Below the pieces are notes generated by a model. The model did not search any database, was not told the origin of the DNA, and was given only the letters and a program-made list of their open reading frames with translations. Shown piece after piece: positions 24,757 through 32,448 of a stretch of DNA of 61,470 nucleotides. Origin of the DNA: a virus; IMG/VR virus record IMGVR_UViG_3300037755_000302. One strand, written 5' to 3'. Position numbers and translations under genes: made by a program. Every line of letters begins with the position of its first letter. Positions within the stretch are counted from its first letter, which is position 1.

Positions 24757-25112
24757 CCAAGCGCGCCGAATTCACGACAGCAACAAAGCTCAAGGCGACC
24801 ATGCGCTATCTGACCTGTCCGGGCGTTTACGAGCTTCGCATCGTCTGCGGGAAACCGCTGTCCGAAGGCGCTGAGTGGGATCATATCAAGCGCTGCGAAA
24901 TCGAGCCAGATAATTCGCCGGAGAACGCTCGGCCTTTATGCCGAAATTGCCATCTGGCGAAATCGGCAATGGACGCGAAACAGGCTGCGAAAGGCCGCCG
25001 GCTTCGCGGCGAGAACAAGCCCAAGCGCAAGGCGAAGATCCAGTCCCGCAACACTCTGAGCAAAGAGGAACGGGACAAGGCGAGACAATGGAAACAGAAG
25101 GTAAGCGGATGA
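24753..25112 (+). CDS. HNH endonuclease (119 aa from ATG 24753)
   Basis: CGKPLSEGAEWDHIKRCEI...ARPLCRNCHLAKS. ATGA overlap. Confidence 0.75.
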   Translation: MTKRAEFTTATKLKATMRYLTCPGVYELRIVCGKPLSEGAEWDHIKRCEIEPDNSPENARPLCRNCHLAKSAMDAKQAAKGRRLRGENKPKRKAKIQSRNTLSKEERDKARQWKQKVSG

Positions 25113-25609
25113 TCAGAGAGAAAGTTGGCGACTTCGAACGCCTCATTATGTTCAAGCCGGGCTTCGACTGGCGCAAGGACGACGATCAGCATCGCAACTA
25201 CGGCATCGGGTCTCTTCGCTTGTGGTTCGTCCTGATCGGCGAGCAGGGGGCCGTGCAGTGGCAGATCGGAACCGAGTGGCTCCCGGAAAGCGCCCGCCGC
25301 CATCTCGCACATTTCAGTCACGAGGTGAAGCACAGGCCAGAAGGATGGGATCTTGGCTACCATTCTAAACGGCCGCTTTACGAAGGCCAGTCTTCTATGG
25401 AATGCGACACGCTCCCGGAAGGCAAGTGCTTCTATGAGGGCAGCGGTTTGAACGCTGATCTCCTGATTGAAGGCTTTCTCAACGGCGGTGACGACTGGGT
25501 ATGGAACCGCCTTGAAGCGTACTACGAGCACGTCTTCAACGACAAGGATTTCCCGAACTTTGATCCAATCATTGTTCCGCATCCTGACGATCGGGCGGCT
25601 CTCTCCTGA
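25109..25609 (+). CDS. hypothetical protein (166 aa from ATG 25109)
   Basis: Its ATG overlaps the upstream TGA. Confidence 0.6.
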   Translation: MIREKVGDFERLIMFKPGFDWRKDDDQHRNYGIGSLRLWFVLIGEQGAVQWQIGTEWLPESARRHLAHFSHEVKHRPEGWDLGYHSKRPLYEGQSSMECDTLPEGKCFYEGSGLNADLLIEGFLNGGDDWVWNRLEAYYEHVFNDKDFPNFDPIIVPHPDDRAALS

Positions 25610-25648
25610 AGAGCGCCGGTCAGTGAAAGAGAAATACGAGAGGGTGAG

Positions 25649-25870
25649 ATGACCCCACTACAAGCAATGACCAAGGCCCGCGTCGAAGCGCAATGGGGGC
25701 CGGGCACCTGGGATATGGTGGCGGCAGAACGCCAGATGGAACTGTGCGGGTTCATGAGCGCCGCGGTTCTAGCGCTCGCTGAATTCGATTTCAAAGGGCC
25801 TCACCTCCTCCCCGATGAAGCATTCAAGGCAAGGCTACGCGCCATTGCAACGGAGAACACAGATGTCTGA
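25649..25870 (+). CDS. hypothetical protein, 73 aa
   Basis: ORF in the operon. Confidence 0.55.
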   Translation: MTPLQAMTKARVEAQWGPGTWDMVAAERQMELCGFMSAAVLALAEFDFKGPHLLPDEAFKARLRAIATENTDV

Positions 25871-26084
25871 CAGGGACGAACTGAAGTTGAAAATCCGCGA
25901 TGCGATCTGGAACTTGGATTCTCAGTCCCTGAAAACAGGACATTGGGAAGACCCTTTGACTTATGCAGAAGCCGCTCTCTCAGCGATAGAAGCAGAAGGC
26001 TACGTCATTATGCCGAGCAGTTTGAGCCTGAATAAACGGCGTATCATTGAGGCCATGTGCCAGACGGAGGAAGACAATGCCTGA
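25863..26084 (+). CDS. hypothetical protein (73 aa from ATG 25863)
   Basis: 8-nt overlap with the upstream gene. Confidence 0.55.
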   Translation: MSDRDELKLKIRDAIWNLDSQSLKTGHWEDPLTYAEAALSAIEAEGYVIMPSSLSLNKRRIIEAMCQTEEDNA

Positions 26085-26466
26085 TCTTACCAGAGAGCAG
26101 ATCGAAAAGCTCATCACGGAATTGGAAGCCGAAGCTGCTCACCATCAACGGATTCTCGTGACTGAGCCTCTTGAGGAATTCACGGCGTGGAGGGCGGCGC
26201 AAGCGCTTCGTCAGCTTCTTACTGCTACGGAGTGGAAGCCACTAGACACAGCCCCACTAGACGGAACGCTAGTTGATCTTTGGGTGCGCCTCAAGCCCGG
26301 CTCCTTTGAGAAGCGCATTCCTGAATGCTCGTGGGGATGGATAAGAAAGTGGAACGGCGAGGAATATCAGGGCTGGATCGGCTTGGGTCACATGCATGAA
26401 GAACGCATCCCATTGGCGTGGAGGCCGTACCCCCTTCCCCCGTCCCCAGACACAGAGGGAGAGTAG
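26077..26466 (+). CDS. hypothetical protein, DUF551-like C-terminus (129 aa)
   Basis: EWKPLDTAPLDGTLVDLWV resembles the DUF551 prophage motif (recalled from memory). Confidence 0.5.
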   Translation: MPDLTREQIEKLITELEAEAAHHQRILVTEPLEEFTAWRAAQALRQLLTATEWKPLDTAPLDGTLVDLWVRLKPGSFEKRIPECSWGWIRKWNGEEYQGWIGLGHMHEERIPLAWRPYPLPPSPDTEGE

Positions 26467-26469
26467 AGC

Positions 26470-27174
26470 ATGGCAGATAAACCGATAATCTTCTCTGCGC
26501 CGATGGTGCAGGCTTTACTCGCCGGCAGGAAGACGCAGACGCGGCGGATCGTCAAGCCGCAGCCAAATATCGACGGCATGGGCAACTTCTGTCACGACGG
26601 CTCGAACTGGGGTCAGCACATTGATGGAACGCCCTGCACCAAGCATTTCATCGCCAAGAAATGCCCCTATGGCAAGCCCGGCGATCGCCTTTGGGTGCGG
26701 GAGAACTGGCGACCGCTAGACGGCTACAGCAATTGGGATGTTCGTGTCCTCTATGGGGCGGACAACGCAGAAGAGCATTTCCCCGACGGCTTCGATTTAA
26801 AGGGCGATTGGCAGTGGCCGAAGGCAGCAAGCCGAGGCTTCGTCCCATCAATCCACATGCCCCGCTGGGCGTCGCGTCTCACGCTGATCGTGACAGATGT
26901 CCGCGTGCAGCGATTGCAGGACATCAGCGAAGAAGACGCGAAGGCGGAAGGCTGCGGCAAAGCATTCGAAGTGCAGGATTTGCGCGACGCCATGCACAAA
27001 CTGTTAGGCGCTGCCTCAGGTGAGACGACAGGATCGACCTACCGTATCGGATTCGCGCACCTATGGAACAGCATCAACGGCCCCGATGCATGGAGCGATA
27101 ATCCGTTTGTCTACGCAGTTTCGTTCATCGTCCACAAAAGCAACATCGACGCTTTGAAAGCGGAGGCAGCTTGA
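26470..27174 (+). CDS. ASCH-like domain protein, 234 aa
   Basis: IFSAPMVQALLAGRKTQTRRIV...SIHMPRWASR is common in alphaproteobacterial prophages. The domain assignment is from memory. Confidence 0.5.
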   Translation: MADKPIIFSAPMVQALLAGRKTQTRRIVKPQPNIDGMGNFCHDGSNWGQHIDGTPCTKHFIAKKCPYGKPGDRLWVRENWRPLDGYSNWDVRVLYGADNAEEHFPDGFDLKGDWQWPKAASRGFVPSIHMPRWASRLTLIVTDVRVQRLQDISEEDAKAEGCGKAFEVQDLRDAMHKLLGAASGETTGSTYRIGFAHLWNSINGPDAWSDNPFVYAVSFIVHKSNIDALKAEAA

Positions 27175-27368
27175 TGGCAGGCATTTCCAAATGCGCTGAC
27201 TCTTTCTGCCCCAGCAAGGACCACTGTTACAGGTTCAAGGCTCCGGCGTCACTGGTCTGGCAGAGCTTCGCAGATTTCCAGAGGAAGGGGAGGCCGTGCT
27301 GTGATTCCTACTTGCCCGAACTCGCCAGAGGCACCAGCCAGTTTCAGAATACCGGAGGCGACAGATGA
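27171..27368 (+). CDS. hypothetical Cys-rich protein, 65 aa
   Basis: 4-nt overlap. Ends ...NTGGDR within the 29-bp junction repeat. Confidence 0.55.
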   Translation: MMAGISKCADSFCPSKDHCYRFKAPASLVWQSFADFQRKGRPCCDSYLPELARGTSQFQNTGGDR

Positions 27369-27838
27369 GTGACGATACAGAAAACGAGTTCCCGAGACAG
27401 CAAAGCACTGGCTCCCACAAATGTCCCGGCTACACGGTCGAGGCAAGATCAGTCGGCGGGCCGCTGAAAGTTGGAGATCTGACGCTCGGAAACGAGTGGG
27501 AACGCATACCATTTCACCGATCGATCATCGGCGTTCCATGCGCGGCACATCATGAAAGCGGGCTGAAATACGTCAACCTTCTCAACTATCCGGCGGCACA
27601 GGCCTTGCGCTGGTGGTTCCACGCCGAAGCCCACAAGGAAGCCGGATGGCTATCACTTCGCACGCGGATAGTTAAGCACGAAGTGCAGATAAACCACACG
27701 GTCACGGCGGTCTCTGCCCATTGTGAAGTTGGCGGTGAAGACCGATCTGCACTCGCTCCCGATTGGGGGGCGAAGCCCGAAGTCCCGGCACCGATTGAAA
27801 AACCGGATACGGCGGAGAATACCGGAGGCGACAAATGA
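27365..27838 (+). CDS. hypothetical protein, 157 aa
   Basis: Starts and ends within copies of the 29-bp junction repeat (ends ...NTGGDK). Confidence 0.6.
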   Translation: MSDDTENEFPRQQSTGSHKCPGYTVEARSVGGPLKVGDLTLGNEWERIPFHRSIIGVPCAAHHESGLKYVNLLNYPAAQALRWWFHAEAHKEAGWLSLRTRIVKHEVQINHTVTAVSAHCEVGGEDRSALAPDWGAKPEVPAPIEKPDTAENTGGDK

Positions 27839-28203
27839 GTGACGCACCGCTAACGCTTGCCGACAGCGAGTTTCTTCTCACGGAAACGGAGGCGGCCGAG
27901 ATGATGAGGATCTCGACACGCTACCTGCGCACCTGCGAGATCCCCACTGTTCGCTTCGGACGCAGAAAGCTATACGATCCGAAGGATCTGGTAGCGTTCA
28001 AGGACAAGATGAAATGCCCACCCCATACAAGCGAAAAAACAAAGACGGATCGACCTCGAAAGTCTGGTCGGTTGATATCTGGATCAACGGTCGTAAGTTT
28101 TCAAGAAGCACTGGCAAACGAACCAAGCGCGACGCCGAAGCCGAAGTCCCGCGCATCCGAGACGAAATCAAGGCGGAGCTCAAAAGAGAAAGCCTCGGCA
28201 TAG
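27835..28203 (+). CDS. xis: excisionase-type HTH DNA-binding protein
   Basis: LLTETEAAEMMRISTRYLRTCEIPTVRFGRRKLYDPKDLVAF, immediately upstream of int. The 3' 190 nt overlap int in another frame. Confidence 0.6.
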   Translation: MSDAPLTLADSEFLLTETEAAEMMRISTRYLRTCEIPTVRFGRRKLYDPKDLVAFKDKMKCPPHTSEKTKTDRPRKSGRLISGSTVVSFQEALANEPSATPKPKSRASETKSRRSSKEKASA

Positions 28204-29120
28204 CGCGACTGACGATCGATACGCTGATGGGAACGTGGTGGCAGGAGCATGCCCAACATTTGGCGTCAGCGCAACGGCAAGTGAAATATCTGGTTAAATC
28301 CTTGCTTTCCGAAATGCCCGGCGATTTGCCGCTCGAAGAGCTCAGCAACAAATACATCGCTGGCTATGTGTCAGCCCGGCGACGGTCCGGAAAAAAACCG
28401 GCTACAATCTGCCGCGAGCTCGACTGCCTTGAGAGCGCCTACCATATGGCGCGGGATTCGTGGGAACATCCGGTCAAGCCGATTGACTGGAAGAAACATA
28501 GGCCACACAGGCCGGAAAGACAGATCGAGAAGCATCTCGGAGTCTCACCGGCGCTTGATGTCATCCAATGGTTGCGGGATCACCGCGCCGAACATATCGC
28601 GCGAGCGGTTGCATGGTCGATCTACACCGGCATCCGCCTGGCCGGAACGCGTAACCTCATGTGGGAGCATGTCAGCCTGCAGGAGCGGTGGGCGCGAGTG
28701 AAGATCAAGCGCAAGCCCGGACAGATGGAAGAGCGCTGGCGACAAAAACTGCTGTCGCTGCACGCAATGGCTCTGCTGATGGAAATTGGCCCGAAGAAGG
28801 AAGGGCCGGTGTTCGACCTCACCAACCGGGTGAAGCACTGGAATGCAGCGCGCAAGGCGATCGGTCGGCAGGAAGTGACGTGGCACGGATTGAGACACAC
28901 GCATGCGTCATGGTTGCGCAAGAACGCGGAGGGAATAGAGGTGGTGCAGCGATCGCTCAACCATTCGAACATTTCGACGACGATGATTTATGCGCACGTC
29001 GAAGATGTCGAGCTCGTGACCGCTTTGGACAAGCTGCCGCCACTTTGGGACCACGGCGGAAACATACTGGCATTTCCACCAGCGCATGCCACCAGCACCA
29101 AGAAATCATCGGCACAATGA
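28014..29120 (+). CDS. int: tyrosine recombinase / phage integrase
   Basis: Conserved R (YTGIRLAG), HxxR (WHGLRHTHASWL) and catalytic Y (ISTTMIYAHV). 368 aa. Confidence 0.9.
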   Translation: MPTPYKRKNKDGSTSKVWSVDIWINGRKFSRSTGKRTKRDAEAEVPRIRDEIKAELKRESLGIARLTIDTLMGTWWQEHAQHLASAQRQVKYLVKSLLSEMPGDLPLEELSNKYIAGYVSARRRSGKKPATICRELDCLESAYHMARDSWEHPVKPIDWKKHRPHRPERQIEKHLGVSPALDVIQWLRDHRAEHIARAVAWSIYTGIRLAGTRNLMWEHVSLQERWARVKIKRKPGQMEERWRQKLLSLHAMALLMEIGPKKEGPVFDLTNRVKHWNAARKAIGRQEVTWHGLRHTHASWLRKNAEGIEVVQRSLNHSNISTTMIYAHVEDVELVTALDKLPPLWDHGGNILAFPPAHATSTKKSSAQ

Positions 29121-29162
29121 GCGATGAGAAAACCTTGAAAACTAAGGAATTTCGATTGAAAA

Positions 29163-29239
29163 CCGTTGCTGAGGGTGCTTTTGTGTAAACGAGGCGCTCT
29201 ACCACTGAGCTAACCGCCCAAATCCTTATTCAGCAACGG
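29163..29239. other. candidate attP: tRNA-Val 5'-half identity block flanked by 10-bp inverted repeats CCGTTGCTGA / TCAGCAACGG
   Basis: Starts 43 nt downstream of int. Inverted repeats at 29163-29172 and 29230-29239 bracket the tRNA fragment. Confidence 0.6.
29183..29219 (-). other. tRNA-Val(TAC) fragment: positions 1-38 (acceptor 5' strand, D-arm, anticodon stem 5' strand and loop) only
   Basis: The reverse complement reads GGGCGGT-TA-GCTC-AGTGGTA-GAGC-G-CCTCG-TTTACAC. No complementary 3' anticodon stem, T-arm or acceptor follows. Confidence 0.65.
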
Positions 29240-29275
29240 ATTTTCAAGCCAATCGATGGCACCGAGAGGAACAAA

Positions 29276-29773
29276 GTGGAACCGAGATATACAGCAAACC
29301 ACCAGCAGATTCCACCATCAATTTTCTATGTCGGCCCATTAAGAAGGCGTCGCACGGAAGCCGAGAAGCGGGCTGACGAAGCGAAGCCGAAACGCCGCGT
29401 GATATCCCGCAAGGATCGCATCTTGAAATATTACCTAGAGACCGTTCTTCCGGACATCGAGAACGACCGTCGTGATCTGGTGCAGCTCTATTTTCTCACC
29501 AGCAACGGTTACACCAAAATTGGCGTGAGCGCGGATACTCGCCAGCGCATCAAGCAGATCGAGGCGCACAACCCATGCGTATCATTGGTCGCCTATATTC
29601 CTGGCACTCACGACTTTGAGCGGTATCTGCACCGAGCGTTTAAATCGTCGCATTTGCGGAACGAATGGTTTCGGGAGACGGATCAGATGGGTGATGACCT
29701 TCCACCGCTGATACTTGAAGGTGTGAAGTATGGTGCTGAGCGTTACGGATGGCCAACGGCCTTTCAGACCTAG
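29276..29773 (+). CDS. T5orf172 / MUG113 (GIY-YIG-like) domain protein
   Basis: LYFLTSNGYTKIGVSADTRQRIKQIE...ERYLHRAFKSSHLRNEWF. GTG start after GAGAGGA. Confidence 0.65.
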   Translation: MEPRYTANHQQIPPSIFYVGPLRRRRTEAEKRADEAKPKRRVISRKDRILKYYLETVLPDIENDRRDLVQLYFLTSNGYTKIGVSADTRQRIKQIEAHNPCVSLVAYIPGTHDFERYLHRAFKSSHLRNEWFRETDQMGDDLPPLILEGVKYGAERYGWPTAFQT

Positions 29774-29821
29774 GGGACAAACAGGGGGACAGAAAAATCT
29801 GTCTCCCTGGAGGATGAGGCG

Positions 29822-30046
29822 ATGGCCTACCGACGCATTGAGGGGCAAAAGTCTCACACATGGTTTCGCGTAAGAACAGGCCGCTGGCTGTCGCCGGCAA
29901 CAGCGGAGCGCGATGCAATTGTCGCGACAAAGATAGGTGCGGTTCTATGGGAAGCTGTTTTTGTGCTCAAGCCGGACGACTTCTATGGCAAGGGCCGGGG
30001 ATTGAATAAAGCTGCGAACGATTTGCTGGAAAAGCTGACCGCCTAA
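29822..30046 (+). CDS. hypothetical protein, 74 aa
   Basis: ORF preceded by GGAGGATGAGGCG. Confidence 0.5.
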   Translation: MAYRRIEGQKSHTWFRVRTGRWLSPATAERDAIVATKIGAVLWEAVFVLKPDDFYGKGRGLNKAANDLLEKLTA

Positions 30047-30085
30047 CCCTACCCGGGATATGGCGTCAGCCTGAAGGAGGGGAAG

Positions 30086-30325
30086 ATGGGCGCAAAGGAA
30101 AAATTCATCGAAGATGCGGCAAAAGTCATCGACGGCCGCGTTGCGGCTTTGAAAGCCGAGATGGTGAAACACCCCAAATCTGTTGTTCCCGGCGACAGAG
30201 CGGCAATTCTTGAAGCGGAGTTTTGCGCTAGGCTGATACGGACGCTATTGCATGGGACGTATCGAGGCGATCCATTTGAAGTGGCGCGTCAGCGTTGGAA
30301 TGGCAGCGTCGACGAAAAGGTATGA
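30086..30325 (+). CDS. hypothetical protein, 79 aa
   Basis: ATG is preceded by GGAGGGGAAG. Confidence 0.55.
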   Translation: MGAKEKFIEDAAKVIDGRVAALKAEMVKHPKSVVPGDRAAILEAEFCARLIRTLLHGTYRGDPFEVARQRWNGSVDEKV

Positions 30326-30390
30326 TTTGACTACCTTATAGCATAAAATATGTTGCTGGGTAAGGGGTTAATGGGTTCGACGAACTGCGC

Positions 30391-30477
30391 TCATTTCAAC
30401 AGACTGAACACCTTCGCCAGCACGAAGAACAGCCCCGAGACAACAGCCAAGGACGCTATGGCGAAATCCAGCCACAT
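30391..30477 (-). CDS. 28-aa hydrophobic peptide
   Basis: MWLDFAIASLAVVSGLFFVLAKVFSLLK. Its ATG is 2 nt after the stop of the upstream gene. Confidence 0.35.
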   Translation of the reverse strand: MWLDFAIASLAVVSGLFFVLAKVFSLLK

Positions 30478-30479
30478 GA

Positions 30480-30812
30480 TCACCCGGTCGCGACCTTTAC
30501 CGCCTCGGCTACGCTCATGATCCCCGTTCCTGCGAGAATGATCGCGATCAGCACCCGGATGAGGATAGCCAAGTCCAGCGCCTGCAAAAGGCTCATGGAT
30601 GACCCGCCCTTGCCCTGCTCCAATCGCGAGAGCCGGGCGAGGATGTCCCGCCTGTAATATCGGGTCTCTTGCCGTTGCAGGTCTTGATCGGCTCTCAGCG
30701 TTGCGATCTGAAGCGTCAGCGACTGGTTCATGTCTGCTATGCGCCGGTCGATATCGCGTAGGATCTGCAAGTCTGTCATGGCCATTTGCCCGGCTCTCCG
30801 CCATATATTCAC
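30480..30812 (-). CDS. coiled-coil protein with C-terminal transmembrane helix, up to 110 aa
   Basis: Ends ...LDLAILIRVLIAIILAGTGIM. Alternative starts at M10 or M12. The competing 143-aa frame (30391..30822) is Arg/Pro-rich and is rejected. Confidence 0.5.
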   Translation of the reverse strand: MNIWRRAGQMAMTDLQILRDIDRRIADMNQSLTLQIATLRADQDLQRQETRYYRRDILARLSRLEQGKGGSSMSLLQALDLAILIRVLIAIILAGTGIMSVAEAVKVATG

Positions 30813-30918
30813 TTACCGCCATAGTTTCAGCCTGTTCAGTTGATTATGTTCTTGTCAGCCATAGGTGAAACCTTCTTTTCATCTGTGGTAGAGCAAGCGT
30901 CGATCTAGCCATCGGCGT

Positions 30919-30947
30919 TTGCTCGCTGCTTGTAGTTGGTGTATAAT
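30919..30947 (+). promoter_or_regulatory. sigma70-type promoter TTGCTC-17 nt-TATAAT driving the plus-strand island 31027-31999
   Basis: Perfect -10 hexamer and 17-nt spacer read directly from the sequence. About 80 nt upstream of ATG 31027, which follows AAGGAG. Confidence 0.55.
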
Positions 30948-31026
30948 CTACGGATGATTCAATCGGTTAAGGAAACTCTCATGATCATGTCCACGCGGGT
31001 AGCGCCCGCATTCAAGGAGATGATCG

Positions 31027-31281
31027 ATGAGAGGACGAGCCTACCGCCGTCACAAGGCGCACACGAAGATGATGCGCCGCCTGAAGGAAGATCGTAATGA
31101 GCATTACGACGATCTGACCTGCCCCTGCTGGCACGATCCTCGCGCAATGGCGCGGTTCAAGGAGCAGCCTCAGATTTGCAGTTGCTTAGGATGCGGCAAT
31201 CAGCGGAAATACTATGGTCCGACGATGCAGGAACGCCGCTGGCTGGGTCCAAAACGGGAATTCCCGTTTCGCTTATGTTAA
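31027..31281 (+). CDS. basic Cys-rich protein, 84 aa
   Basis: AAGGAG lies 7 nt upstream. Contains CPCWHD...CSCLGCGN. Confidence 0.55.
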   Translation: MRGRAYRRHKAHTKMMRRLKEDRNEHYDDLTCPCWHDPRAMARFKEQPQICSCLGCGNQRKYYGPTMQERRWLGPKREFPFRLC

Positions 31282-31371
31282 GGGAATGCGGTTTTCTTTA
31301 ACTTGTCGCGGTGATAGGTAAAGGCTGGTTGCCCGTCAATTTTCTGTCGCGAAACCGGAGCGAGACAAAAT

Positions 31372-31575
31372 ATGAGCGACTCCAATCCAATACCGCCGGA
31401 TTTCAAGGTTTACACTCAAGACTTGAACTCCACCAACACGCTGAACATTCGTCTCGGCAACGGTGGTTGCATCATCAAGCCTGATGGAACATTTGAAACA
31501 TATGGCGAGTATACGCCAGACGAAGCTGCTCGTGCCTTCTGGGGCGCAGTGGCGAGACAAAAACCGGACATTTAA
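31372..31575 (+). CDS. hypothetical protein, 67 aa
   Basis: ORF whose 3' end contains a copy of the GACAAAAACCGGACA motif. Confidence 0.5.
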   Translation: MSDSNPIPPDFKVYTQDLNSTNTLNIRLGNGGCIIKPDGTFETYGEYTPDEAARAFWGAVARQKPDI

Positions 31576-31646
31576 CCGGGCGGGAATGCCCCTCATAAGA
31601 TGCTAAAACCGTTGCTGTGTAAGGCTTTCAGCCCGGGCGGAAACCG

Positions 31647-31672
31647 GACAAAAACCGGACACCAATAGTGGT
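31647..31672. repeat. 26-bp direct repeat GACAAAAACCGGACAYCAATAGTGGT (left copy)
   Basis: Matches 32056-32081 with one mismatch. The two copies flank the DUF2442-like gene. A partial copy lies at 31556-31570. Confidence 0.85.
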
Positions 31673-31684
31673 GGAGTGAAATTC

Positions 31685-31999
31685 ATGGTGACCCGTCTTG
31701 AAGCAGCGAAGGCAACGGTTCGTGGCGCTCTTCGTCGTAAGGCAGAGAGTTACGCAGTTGCAGTGGAATTCGATCCCAATCGCCGTTGGATCGTGATTAC
31801 GTTTAATTCCGGCGGCGCTGTCGGTGTACCGAGTGACCTTGTTGAAGGTCTCTCTAATGCTGATGAAAAAGCATTAGAGAATGTTGAAATCACACCATCT
31901 GGCCTAGGTCTATATTGGCCAGATTTGGATGTTGATGTTTATCTCCCATCATTAATGATGGAAGTCCAAAAGTGCCAACTCTACACTTATGTAGAGTAA
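31685..31999 (+). CDS. DUF2442-like protein (104 aa from ATG 31685)
   Basis: RWIVITFNSGGAVGVPSDLVEGLSNADEKALENVEITPSGLGLYWPDLDVDVYL fits the DUF2442 pattern from memory. GGAG lies 9 nt upstream. Confidence 0.6.
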   Translation: MVTRLEAAKATVRGALRRKAESYAVAVEFDPNRRWIVITFNSGGAVGVPSDLVEGLSNADEKALENVEITPSGLGLYWPDLDVDVYLPSLMMEVQKCQLYTYVE

Positions 32000-32055
32000 A
32001 TGTAGAGCTGGTATCGACTTATCTTATTCTGGCAGCAAAATCAGCGCTTTAGCTG

Positions 32056-32081
32056 GACAAAAACCGGACATCAATAGTGGT
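32056..32081. repeat. 26-bp direct repeat (right copy), followed by the palindrome GTGGTTTTAAACCAC
   Basis: See 31647-31672. Confidence 0.85.
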
Positions 32082-32094
32082 TTTAAACCACCAT

Positions 32095-32448
32095 TTACAC
32101 CGCCACCCAAACGAAATAACCGGCTCCGGCCCCTGCGATCCCGCTTACAACCAGCGGAATGAACGCGAGAGGCGCGGCGAACAGAGCGCTGAGCGATCCG
32201 ATCACAAGCCCGATCGTCAATAGAAGCGCCGCCGCTTCGAACTGCTCAGCTTTCGCGCGCGCCTGATTGCGCATGGTGCCCATGCGATCGATCACGGCGG
32301 ACTGGCCTTTCAGTTCCAGCGTCATGACTTTCAGATCGATGCGTGACGCCCGCGAGCGGTAATCGTCTTCCTTCATGGAGACGACAGCGAGAGCGCAGCC
32401 GAGAATGACGAGATATAGAGCGGTGAGGGATTTTAGGCGGTCGGTCAT
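32095..32448 (-). CDS. membrane protein, 117 aa (lysis-cassette member, holin-like)
   Basis: Hydrophobic helices LTALYLVILGCALAVVSM, LLLTIGLVIGSLSALFAAPLAFIPLVV and GAGAGYFVWVAV. 4-nt overlap with the upstream gene. Confidence 0.6.
   Translation of the reverse strand: MTDRLKSLTALYLVILGCALAVVSMKEDDYRSRASRIDLKVMTLELKGQSAVIDRMGTMRNQARAKAEQFEAAALLLTIGLVIGSLSALFAAPLAFIPLVVSGIAGAGAGYFVWVAV

Noticed and set aside
30391-30822. A 143-aa minus-strand ORF overlapping the 110-aa ORF.
   Set aside because: It has Arg/Pro/His-rich low-complexity translation. Only its last 28 codons (a hydrophobic peptide with its own ATG) look plausible, and these are reported separately.
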